Source: Chrysomallon squamiferum (Eukaryota; Animalia; Mollusca). From it: 64,000 nucleotides of DNA. The notes under the pieces were generated by a model. That model saw only the letters and a program-made list of their open reading frames with translations, was not told the origin of the DNA and searched no databases. The translations under genes were made by a program, and so were the position numbers. The DNA is taken from the NCBI GenBank assembly GCA_012295275.1, contig CM022674.1:13206001-13270000 (forward strand). The letters are read 5' to 3'. This document shows positions 52,617-64,000 of this stretch, piece by piece. Numbering within the stretch: position 1 is the stretch's first letter; each line of letters opens with the position of its first letter.

Positions 52617-52926
52617 AAATATAGGCAAATTTAATTTTCTTTTATAATAAACTGATTCATTATCTTTATTTTAATGACAGCTATTATTTTCAGAACTAAT
52701 TTCACTACATAAAAACTCGGTGTTATAATTTTTGTTTTTCTGAATTAGCTAATTGTTTTTACATATAAAAAAATAATAGTAGTTCCACTGTTTCCTGATT
52801 TCCTTAGTGTATTCTGAGCATTCTTGAATGTCCCAAAACACATTAATTTTGTAACATCTTGCTTGTTATTAATTGTCAATTACAGCCTTTTTTTATTTAG
52901 AATGTAGGTGATTTCCCCCGAGTGTT

Positions 52927-52991
<65 letters not shown>

Positions 52992-53073
52992 AATATGCAT
53001 ATTAAAATAATAGCCATAGTCACAATTAGTAGAAAGTTAATTTTCATAACATGAAAAATTCATTGTTGTTTTT

Positions 53074-53142
<69 letters not shown>

Positions 53143-54556
53143 GAATAATATATGTTAATGTAACAGCAATAGTTACAATTCGTAGACAGGTCAAACACAT
53201 TGTTGGATATAATTTCAGGTTATTTGTTTACTATTTGCAAAAAGTCCAATTGTCACATAAACCTGATGCTTAATGAAAAATAATATTTAAATTATTCTTA
53301 CATTTTGCCATTTTTGAATATATGTATATTTACACACACAACAACACACACAGACACACACATACACACACACACACACACACACATATATTGAATTATT
53401 TATTGTTGTTACTACTACTACAAAACAACAACTACTACTACTGCAACTAATTCTTCTGCTACAACTACTCTACTACTACTACAATAGTTATACTACTGTT
53501 ACTACTGGTGTTACCAATACCACCACCACCACTACTACTACTACTACAACAACTACAACAGCTACTACAACTATCACTACCATTATTACCAACACCACCA
53601 TCACCACTAGTGCTACTATTATTATTATCAATATTAGTTTATCTAATAACGTATTTGCATTAACGTGTGTTTTTCAATTTACAGAATTTTATTTATTTAT
53701 TTTTTTTTTTTTTTTATAAATTATAGCTATATATTAAATACCCCCCATTGCTCTCAAAAAAAGGTAAAAGAGGTATTTATAAACATAAACACTATGATAA
53801 CCCATGGCATTTACAGATACATTAACACAGCAGATGGTTATGATGCAGTTTGAGTGCGAGGGAGATGAATGTAATATAAATATTTGATATGATTCCAGCG
53901 CTGATACTAGTCATAGCAGAGGAGGCCATTAGGATTACTAATTATTTGGCATCGTTTTTATGTGTCAGAAATAATATTTGACAAAATTCCAAATTCCCTT
54001 AATAACAATAATAATAATAAAAAAACTGGCTTATAAACAGAAAATTGATAATATTGATATATAAACAGAATAAATAAATAAATAAATAAATAATTTTTTT
54101 AGTTAAAATGAAATAAACAGTAAATGAATGAATGAATAAATAAATAAGTAAATAAATAAATAAATAAAGTGAATGAATGGATATAATTATGTAAAATAAA
54201 TAAAATTAAACAGAATAAACACAAAAATAAGCACATTAGTAAGTATTTAAATAAATACTGAATAAATGGTTGAATGTTAGAATATATAAAATTTTAAAAA
54301 TTAAAAATGTTTGACAAAAATGATAAGGAAACATAAATAAATGACTAAATAAATTCATTGCAATATAGTGTTTAATAAAGTAAAAGCAAAAATTCAGTTA
54401 CAAAGTATGTTTTCTCTTTCTTATTTACTTTGAAATAGTTGTATTTATTTTCTTTATAACTAAAAACCAAAAACAAGAATGTGTCTTGTTTATTAAGAAG
54501 AAAAAAAGAAATAGTAACATTAATAATAAAAAGAATTATAATAAAACTAGAACAAA

Positions 54557-54587
<31 letters not shown>

Positions 54588-57500
54588 AAACATATATTTG
54601 ATCACTGTATTATTTAAGTGAACCAAACCTTCAATTTAAATCATCACTATGTTCTTTTATTTTGAACTCAAATTAACTGACTGTCATGTTTTGGTGATGG
54701 CTGTCATCTTTCAGACAAGACCAGATGTTTTTCTTGTGTCATTAGATTTTCAATTTATGTAAAGTACTCATGAACCAGGAAGTCTGTACACCAGTTGTCC
54801 TTCCTTGTAGAGCTCTTTTTTTTGATGAAGTCAGGAAGTGAAAATGTTAGTGTTGTTGCTGTTTTATTATTATTATTATTTTTGATATTATTTTTATTTA
54901 TTTATTTATTTATTGTTTTATATATTTATATATATTATCATCATTACTATCAATCATCATATTTATTATGATGATCATTTCATTATTATTATATTAGTAT
55001 TATTATTATTATTTTTTATTATTTCATTTATATTTATTTTCTTTCATTTCATTTCACAATTTTATTTTATTTCATTTTCTAATTTTTCTTTATTTTATTT
55101 TATTTCATTTTCTAATTTTTCTTTATTTAATATTTCATTTTCTTTAATTTTAATTTATAAATTTTTGCCTGAGTTTATATATTTTTCTTTATTTCATGTC
55201 TTTTTTCTTTATTTTTCCATTTAATGTTTCATTTAGTTTACTTTGTTTTTATGTTTATTATTGAATTTTATTTTATTTCATTTTTTGTTTATTTTCTTTC
55301 TTTCTTTTAATTTTTTTTCATACATTCATTTTTTTAAAATATATTTATTTTCATCTGTTTTCTTCATTTTATTATATTTTTTATGATTTTGTATTTTTGT
55401 TTAAATTTCATTTCATTTAATTCAGCTTATTTCACTTGATTTTATTACATTTATTTTATTTTATTTTATTTCATGTTATTTTTTATTTCATTTATATTCT
55501 TTTATTTAATTTCATTCATTTTATTATCCTTTATATTTATATTATATTATATTATATTTCATTTTTTCATTTAATTTCATTTTCATTTATTTTATTCATT
55601 CATTTTATATAATTTTTTTACTACATTTTATATCCATCGTTATATATTTTTTAATATTTCATATTATTTCATTTCATTTATTTTAATTCAACATTATTAC
55701 TATTACTTTTACTATTACTATTATTATTATTACTATCTCTTCGACGGAGCATGAACTGTTGAAGACTTGTTATGTCCCAGTCATTACCTCTATTGATAGC
55801 TCAGTTCATAAGAGTAAGTTAATTAGCAGTTTGAAACTTCCACTAGAGACAGGTTCTGTCATTAATAATTTCACACTGACCGCCAGCAGCTACACAACTT
55901 TTTGTTTCCTATTTTTATAGTCCTTGTTAAAACCTGTTTGATATATCATCGATATCTCTATTCGTGGTTGTGATATATGTCGTATATATTACATACGCTT
56001 TGTAAGAATGTGCATGTTTAATATTCCGTGAAGTGTTTTTGGATTTTATGCAGTGTTTGAATAACAGGTAAAAATTGTTATGATAATTATGTTATTGATT
56101 GTTTGTTAATTAACTTAAATTTTATGAAAAAAGTTTTATTTTTTAATTTGATTTATTTATAAATTTATTTATTTATTTGTTTATTTATTTATTTATTTAT
56201 TGCTTAGTTGGTATTATATTTTTGGCTTTTATGTGTAAAGAAAATAAATATTATTATACAGTTGTAAAAAAAAATTAAAAAATGGTGTGTGTGTGTGTGT
56301 GAAATTAAGGTAATCATAATAATAATGAGAAAAGTCTATATTATTGAGATTAACAAAATAACAGTTATTTATTTGTTTTTTGTTATTTTATGTTATTTGT
56401 TTATTATTATTATTGTTGTTGTTGTATAATTTAAAGAAACAACACAGTAATAGACAGTAGTACTTTTTATTTACTGTGTTCAAATAACAAATAGACATAC
56501 ACACATATATACATTACTAGATACATAGTAGACAAACAAAAAAGCTTTTCAACAGATCTGTAGTAAACAGTAAACTAAACACCATGTTTTGTCAATGCCT
56601 TTGTATTTATGAATGTCACATGAACAGAAATTACAGCAGAGTGGGACAAAAAGATCAATACATTAATTATACAACAATTAGATTTTATTAATAAACCTGA
56701 CAGAAAATGAAGAGGATTGATGTTAGTTTGCATATTTTATTTATTTATTTATTTTTGTTCTCTTTGTTTATGTATTTGTTAAAAAAAAAAAAAAAAAAAC
56801 AAAAATTCTTATATGTAATACATAGATACATAGATACTTTGAAATTATGTACATACAAACATATATACAAAATTCAAATATATATGTGTACAAATATATA
56901 CATACACCCACACACCCACACATACACACACATACACACACATACATACATACAGAAATGCTTACACACACATAGACATATATATATACATATTATATGC
57001 ATATATATACACACATCAGACATATATATATACATTCATATATATGCATATATATACACACATACATTCATATATGCACACACATATACACACACACACG
57101 TATACAAATTCAAGCATACATACATACTACATGCACACCTACATACATACTCACACACAACTACATTCAAGCATACATTCACAAGCACATTCAAGCACAC
57201 ATGCACACACATATACAGATATTCCTATTGAAATAGAAATACTTGCAGCTGTTGCCATATTTTAACTGACATGAAAATAAAATAAAAGTTTTATGAATAA
57301 CAGTTGTCTTTGTGTATAAGTGTGTAATTGTGTGTGTGTTTAGAATTCTGTGTGAACATGTCTGTGTAGGTATGTATAGGTAAGCATATTTATTTTTAGG
57401 TTAGATACATGTTTTATTGTATGTAAGCATATATTTTATATGTTTCTATGTGTATATATTATATATATATGTGCGTGTGTGTGTGTGAGTGTATGTGTTG

Positions 57501-57631
57501 TTATGTTTGTACATTTATATGTATATTAGTTTGTGATGTGTGTGTGTGTGTGTATTTATGTGTCTATATGTTTTTATGTATAAATATCTGTTTATGATTA
57601 TATATGTGTGTATATATTGTGGATGTGTGGA

Positions 57632-57672
<41 letters not shown>

Positions 57673-57711
57673 TTATTGTGTATATTATTTTTAGGATATG
57701 TATCTGTTTAT

Positions 57712-57750
<39 letters not shown>

Positions 57751-57783
57751 AAAAATTAAAAATAATGTTTTTTCTGTTTTCAG

Positions 57784-57852
57784 ATGATTGATATATACTG
57801 TATATGAGACAATTATGTCACTGAAAGGGACTGGCTCACTGGTGCAGTATGG
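57784..57852 (+). other. Candidate 69-nt exon with internal ATG (MSLKGTGSLVQY)
   Basis: ttttctgttttcag acceptor and GG|GTAAGT donor; all frames are closed before ATG 57815. Confidence 0.35.
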
Positions 57853-58009
57853 GTAAGTTGTATTGTTGTTAGTTAGGAGGGGGTGGTCTCCATGGTAACT
57901 TGAACTGAAGTTTACCTGCATGTTTTCCTTCATTGCTTTTTTTTCTCTTTCTCTCTCTCTCTCTTCCCTCCCACCATTTTTTTTCAACAAATGTTTTCAT
58001 TAACTCTTG

Positions 58010-58200
58010 TATGTATGTATGTATGTATGTATGTTTGCAAGTATGTATTAATATATATGTGTTTGTATATGTGTATATAGGTGTGTATGTATGTATGTAT
58101 GTATGTATGTATGTATGTATGTATGTATGTATGTATGTATGTTTGCAAGTATGTATTAATATATATGTGTTTGTATATGTGTATATAGGTGTGTATGTAT
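58010..58200. repeat. (TATG)n with a duplicated unit (period about 108 bp)
   Basis: gtttgcaagtatgtattaatatatatgtgtttgtatatgtgtatataggtgtgtatgtat occurs twice. Confidence 0.9.
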
Positions 58201-60190
58201 AATGTATTTATATATGTATTTATTTGCTTTTGTAATGTATATTCCAACTTCAGCAATAAGCAGTACAATAACAGTATAATAATATATAAAACAAAACAAA
58301 ACAACCAACAGCTGTCCATGAAATATATTCAAAAGACTGTTGTAAACAGTTAATAAACACACATAATGCAGCAAGCACACACCTACAAACTCAGTAATGT
58401 GTAACCGACAGCAATGAATTAGCTTCATAAGCAAAATCTGTTAAAGTTTGGATAACAAAATATGTATATATTTTTTAATAAACTTCCTAATCATAACAGC
58501 TGACTGCATGAAAACACAAGATATACTTGCTAACTAACTAGTAGAAAGTAATAAACTTCTAACAATACAGATAAAACTATGAGATATTACTAACTAGCTA
58601 GTAAGAAGTGGTAACAACACTGATGTTTTGATAAAACTATTTTGTAGTTCATTAACAACCTATCATCTGACATCTAGATCATGTTAGAGGTGAAATTTTG
58701 ATAAAAATATTTTTTACATTAATAAGCTGTTAGATGCCTGAAAATACCTGTAAACAGGTGAAATTTTGATAACATTCTTTTGCATTAATAAACTAGCATA
58801 CAAACTGTAAATACTTGTAAAGATATGATTAATATTATATTGCATACTGCTAGCTACTTCTGTTGTAAAAAGTAAAGTTATACTGCACATTATTCATTGT
58901 TAAGTAAAACATTTCTTTCCTTTCTTACGTCAAATAAAAACACACAAAATATCAGGTAAAACAAAACATTCATTACATAAGCTCGTTATTTCCTCACTAA
59001 AAAACATCCTATCTTTGTTGTGATAACATTTCATTTCATAATGCTAACAAGTTTGCACCTAAGAAAACATAAAGTTGTAAAAAACACATTTTGGATATCA
59101 GATTTTGATAATGTTCAGCACTGCGTAATACTAACTGTGTACCTGAAAACATGATCTGGTATGTTACATATGTCAGATTCTTAACATTCAAAACTTGTGT
59201 TATGAAATTCTGATAAAGAAATATACAAAACCTGTGTTATGAAATTCTGTTAATGAAATATAAAAAAAAAAATAAAATGTTAGTATAATAACCACTACTT
59301 TTAAAATAATCATGAAACTGAAATACACAAAAACCTGTATTTTAAAATTATAATAGTAACACTATATTTAAAACAAAATAAGTCTAATACACACAAAACT
59401 TGTGATATGAAATTCTCATAATGCAATAATTGCATCACACACACACACACACACACAACATTTCTTTAAGTTCAGTGATCTCAGCGAATATTCAAAGAGA
59501 TTTCTCTGTATGTCAAGGTTGCCTGTACTCTTTAATGGAATCTTCTTGAAGAATGGCTTTGGTCAGCAGTTTCTGAGCGCCTACAATCAATAACCAATTC
59601 CATCTTCCAGGAGACCCATCTGACAGGAGCTTGTTGAACTGTTGTGTTCAGAAACACACAGTTGTCAGTTCCTTCCATTGTTTTAGTTCTTGTTGCTGCT
59701 GTTTTGTCATTTTAATTAACGTTTGTTGTTATTTTTGTTCATGACAAGTGTGAAGAAACACTGATAAAATGGAAAGACAGAAGGACGAATGAATAAATGA
59801 ATGAATGAATGAATGAATGAATGAAAGAAGAAGAAATGTCTGTTATGGTTGCTCTGTTTTGAATTTGTTGTGTTGTTATTTCTGAGTATAGACTTTTTAT
59901 GGTTGTTATTTATTCATGTTATTTATGTTATTTATTTATTTATTTATTTATTTTTAATTAATTTTGTTTTTTGAATGTAGCTTTTTACATTGTTTTAAGT
60001 GTTAAATATCATATTAATCTGTTTTGCCTCTTTTTTCATACTTTATTTTTATGGTGAATTTGTTAAATATAAATTTCTTAATTCCTTACTTCATTCATTT
60101 TTTTCTTCCACTTAAAATTGTTACATTTGTGATTTTTATTATCATTATTTTTAACTGTATGTTTGTATGAATTTACTGTTGCTGTTGTTA

Positions 60191-60237
<47 letters not shown>

Positions 60238-60577
60238 TATGTAATTATAATTTATTTACCTATATATATTCATGAATGCTTGTATGTCTGTATGTACATA
60301 TGTATTTATTGTTATTGTTGTTTATTAATATTATTATCATTATTTATATTATTTCATCATCATCATCATTATCATCATCATCACTATTATTATCAGTGTT
60401 ATATTAATAAGTTTTCTTCTTGTTATTGGATGTTAAAGAAACAATAGTTAAAATGAATCACTGAGTATAAAACTCTGACACTGGTTGTCATAGTTACAGT
60501 AATTTACTCTGTTGACAGATCAAGATACAAAGAACAAAGAGAGTACGTTTTTAGAACTAATAACACTTTTAATAGAT

Positions 60578-60772
60578 GTCGGTGTTGAGATTTGATCCCT
60601 GTACCTACAAAACACTAAAATCAGTGACTCAACCACTGCATAGGCTAGCAAGAACAATAAAAGTTAGTATTTTAAACCTCAAAATTAATTATCAGTAGAT
60701 GCCAGTGTCAAGATTTGATCCCTGTAGCTACAAAACACTAAAATCAGTGACTTAACCACTGCAGAGGTTACT
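60578..60772 (-). mobile_element. Two tandem copies (period about 123 bp) of a tRNA-like SINE head
   Basis: agatttgatccctgta.ctacaaaacactaaaatcagtgact.aaccactgca occurs at about 60588 and 60711; the minus strand gives A- and B-box-like motifs. Confidence 0.45.
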
Positions 60773-61337
60773 ATGACATTTCATTCCACTCTGTTTTATT
60801 GGTTTGGCAAAATTAATATTACAGCTCTGCCTTTGAAGCAGTCATTAAAGCAGATATTGTCTTGTTTGATACCACACGCTAGGGAGTAATACAAAAAATA
60901 ACAGCTCGTTTTTGTGTTTATAGACGTGTTAAATTTTAACAAGCATGTTGTTACCTGATAAACTGAAAAACAGTTTTTTTTTCTTTAATTACATTTATAA
61001 GAGGTTATATTTGTAAATAAATAAATAAATAAAAAAATAAAATAAAATAAAAAATAATTTCATGTGTTTATTAAATAAACATGTTGAAAAAAAATGTCTT
61101 AATCCTTAGGAATTAATCACCGTTTATTTCAGCGTATAAGACTTGGAATACTGGAAGGGTTCAGCTGCTTTGTCTCTGTTTTTAAGATGATGCATTAAGA
61201 GAATAAAGAAGAAATGTTAACAAACCATTTGCTACATGTTGTTAGAATATGCAGTAATCTCGTAAACAGAAAGAGAGTTTATTTCAGTAAATTTTATCAC
61301 AATAATGAAAAGAGATTCCAAAGAAAATTTTGCAGAA

Positions 61338-61565
61338 ACTGGATAGCAGCCCAGTGATTAAAACACCAGCCTTCCCAGTATTTGTAATTACACTTTCATC
61401 TTACCTAATTTCTAGTTCCACCCACTGGGTAATTTTTCAAAAGTCTGTGGTATGTATTTTACTGTCACATTCTGATTAAATACTGTGGAACTTTGATAAT
61501 GGATTTACTGCAGGTAGACATACTTTGATACTGAGGATTTTATCTGGAATGGGAAATATATGACT
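61338..61565 (+). mobile_element. Decayed SINE-like element
   Basis: agcccagtgattaaaac A-box-like head and a gtctgtggtatgta..ctgtc segment similar to the tggtatgtg core at 42.9 kb. Confidence 0.35.
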
Positions 61566-61767
61566 CCTTCCTCCTAATTACAATATCAGAAAAACTTCAA
61601 CATATTTCACTTGTAGAATATATGACTATTCATTTTGTATTAAAAGTTTTATATAAAATCTTTGCATATGTGTGTGTGTGTGTGTATTTGTGTGTATATA
61701 TATGTGTATCTATATGTTTACACACACACACACATATATATATAGATAAATACATACATATATCTTT

Positions 61768-61830
<63 letters not shown>

Positions 61831-62995
61831 GTGTTACATTTATTTATGTTATTAATTTACACTACAGAAATTACACCTGTAAATTAATTATAATTGCATT
61901 AGCAGTAAGCTTCAACTCATTTCACCTGAGAATGAACAGTTATTTATTTTATACTAATATTAAGTCATTTTAATACAAAATGTATTTTTATTATTCATTA
62001 ATTCTACACTAATGAAACCAGTAAACTGGATATAATAATAAAAAAATAAAAAAATTGTTTTGAATAACTCCTGTCTTGAACCAAATTATCTGCTGAAGTC
62101 TTCTGACATCGGTCCATTTCAGGCATGCTTGAACATCAGTCTGATAGAAAACACTCACAAACACAGTAATTTTGTTTATCCCCCCCCTCTTCTTACAGCT
62201 AGCTGGCTGGCTGTTCAATACTGAAAGTACAGAAACAAACTCAATTCATTTATTCACAAGGGATTTCATGTTATTTCCTCCTGAGTGACCACTGGTCAGT
62301 CAATTTGTCTCTTGTCTGAGTTTATTGCTGTCTGAAGTCTCGTACAGTGTTGTCATAGTTTGGAATATCAGAGTGGAGCTGTTAGACTGGTAGATTCAGT
62401 TCTGTTGTGAACCTGTCTTCAATTTCAGACCACTTCGTGTCAGAAATAGAGTTCAGACTAATTATACAAACTACTACAACCACTACAATTATACTGTTAC
62501 AAAAAAAGCTATTATGCTGGTATTGTAATGACATTTATGAATAAGTCTCCAAGCTCCAAATATTTGCTGACATATGGAAATTATTAATTAAGCATTACCT
62601 AAATCATTTTTCTTCCAATATGGTATTTTTTGGTTGCCAAAAACTAAAGCAGACATTGTTCAATTTAAGAATGCTTGTATATGCTTTATGCTACTGATAA
62701 CCATTTAGTATAAAACTGATTTTATAATATTTCAAAATTATGTGCTAATCTCATTTGTTATTAGAAAGGAATTTTCAGTATGGATGTTTACTCAGATTAG
62801 CATATAACATAATCTTTAATAAATCACTAATGGAGCACTTGTTGGAATGTGATATATATATAACAATGTGAACAATGACCTAATTCCACTTAAAAACCTA
62901 CACACCATCTCTGACCACTTCTGTTTGATTATATTTATAATCATCATCTTAACAAGTCCACTTGGCAGAAATCTTACTGACCCAGAATTTGCAGC

Positions 62996-63008
62996 TGACC
63001 TTTGACCT
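62996..63008 (-). promoter_or_regulatory. Perfect DR1 nuclear-receptor element
   Basis: TGACCT-T-TGACCT (AGGTCA-A-AGGTCA on minus). Confidence 0.4.
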
Positions 63009-63264
63009 GGTTTTTTTTCACTCTCCTCTCTTGGGAGGTAATTTCTTCTGCTATTGATCAAAGCTGGAGTCGGTTTCACTGCTGTGTGCCAGAGCCTGGA
63101 CAACAAGATGATGGAGAAATGGTTGACAGAATTCATTACATTTGCATGTGCATCATTATCAGAGGTTTGTTGTCCTGAGTTAAACAGTGTTGTGTGCGTT
63201 CAGAGTTTGGTTCCTTGATTAATAACATGGCTTCCAGAAGATAGAAAAATGATGAATATTAGTT

Positions 63265-63680
63265 GTGCAAAGATATAAAAATGAAAACAGTAAAATTAAA
63301 TATCTTGATGATATCTTTGCAAAGATATAAAAATGAAAACAGTAAAATTAAATATCTTGATGGTATCTTTGCAAAGATATAAAAATGAAAACAGTAAAAT
63401 TAAATATATTAATGGTATCTTTGCAAAAATATAAAAAAAATTAAAATAGTAAAATTAAATATAAAAATTAAAATAGTAAAATTAAATATATTTCCAATCT
63501 TTATAATAATGATAAAAAAAATTAAAATTAAATATATTGCTATCTTTCCAATAACATCAAAATTAAAATAGTAAAATTAAATATCTTGATTAAAAATAAA
63601 ACATAAAAATTAAATATGATTATCTTTCCAATAATGTTGATGGTGAAATTAAATACATTGATGTTAAATATTATCTTCAG
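63265..63680. repeat. 52-bp AT-rich minisatellite, 3-4 good copies and then degenerate
   Basis: tgcaaagatataaaaatgaaaacagtaaaattaaatatcttgatg.tatctt repeated. Confidence 0.9.
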
Positions 63681-64000
63681 TCACTATGAATTTGTTTATT
63701 TTTTTTTTTTATTTTTTGTTAGGAGGGTTTTAAACATACGTACACATTCCTGATCATCACATATTTTGTAAATATTTCATAATTAAACAGTAGTAATATT
63801 TGCCTGTCTGTTAACAAATGCTAATCTGCTGATAAATGTCAAATTTCCACAGCTAGGAAATGCCAACATTAAATATTTATTAATATAAAACAATATTTGC
63901 TTCCATTTGACTGACATCCAACATAATTTCCAAAGCAACAGAATATGAACTTAAGAATTAATTCTTTTGGCCTTAACGTTGTAGGAAATCAATTATTGAC

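Noticed and set aside
59470-59700. Complex-sequence block as a coding exon of the divergent gene
   Set aside because: No acceptor and donor pair with an open, recognisable frame; left as a possible non-coding element.

Overview
AT-rich, microsatellite-dense animal genomic DNA. It is eukaryotic and spliced, and probably molluscan or lophotrochozoan (inferred from repeat style). Almost all ORF-track entries are microsatellite noise; the real genes had to be rebuilt exon by exon from GT-AG junctions and phase continuity. (1) Plus strand, 2966-31126: the 3' part of an Eph receptor tyrosine kinase. It has 13 core exons encoding two FN3 repeats, TM, the juxtamembrane [10 protein letters not shown] motif, an intact kinase, SAM and a C-terminal GFLV. 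Its 5' exons lie outside the window. It has a 15.2-kb intron and two or three candidate in-frame juxtamembrane micro-exons. (2) Minus strand, 50068-36658: a complete 22-exon HPS3 (BLOC-2 subunit) gene of about 1102 aa, convergent with Eph. Its compact promoter carries an M-box/CLEAR-like site, an ETS site and a YY1 site. (3) 51-64 kb: mostly non-coding, with weak candidates for first exons of a divergent plus-strand gene. Recurring oddities are local duplications that copy splice sites (decoy acceptors and donors, a 'ghost' exon), RFX X-box palindromes including inside coding exons, ATTGG clusters and decayed tRNA-derived SINEs. There is no CRISPR array, rRNA or intact tRNA. No wholly new system could be established; the strongest leads are splicing-level features of Eph and the HPS3 promoter.
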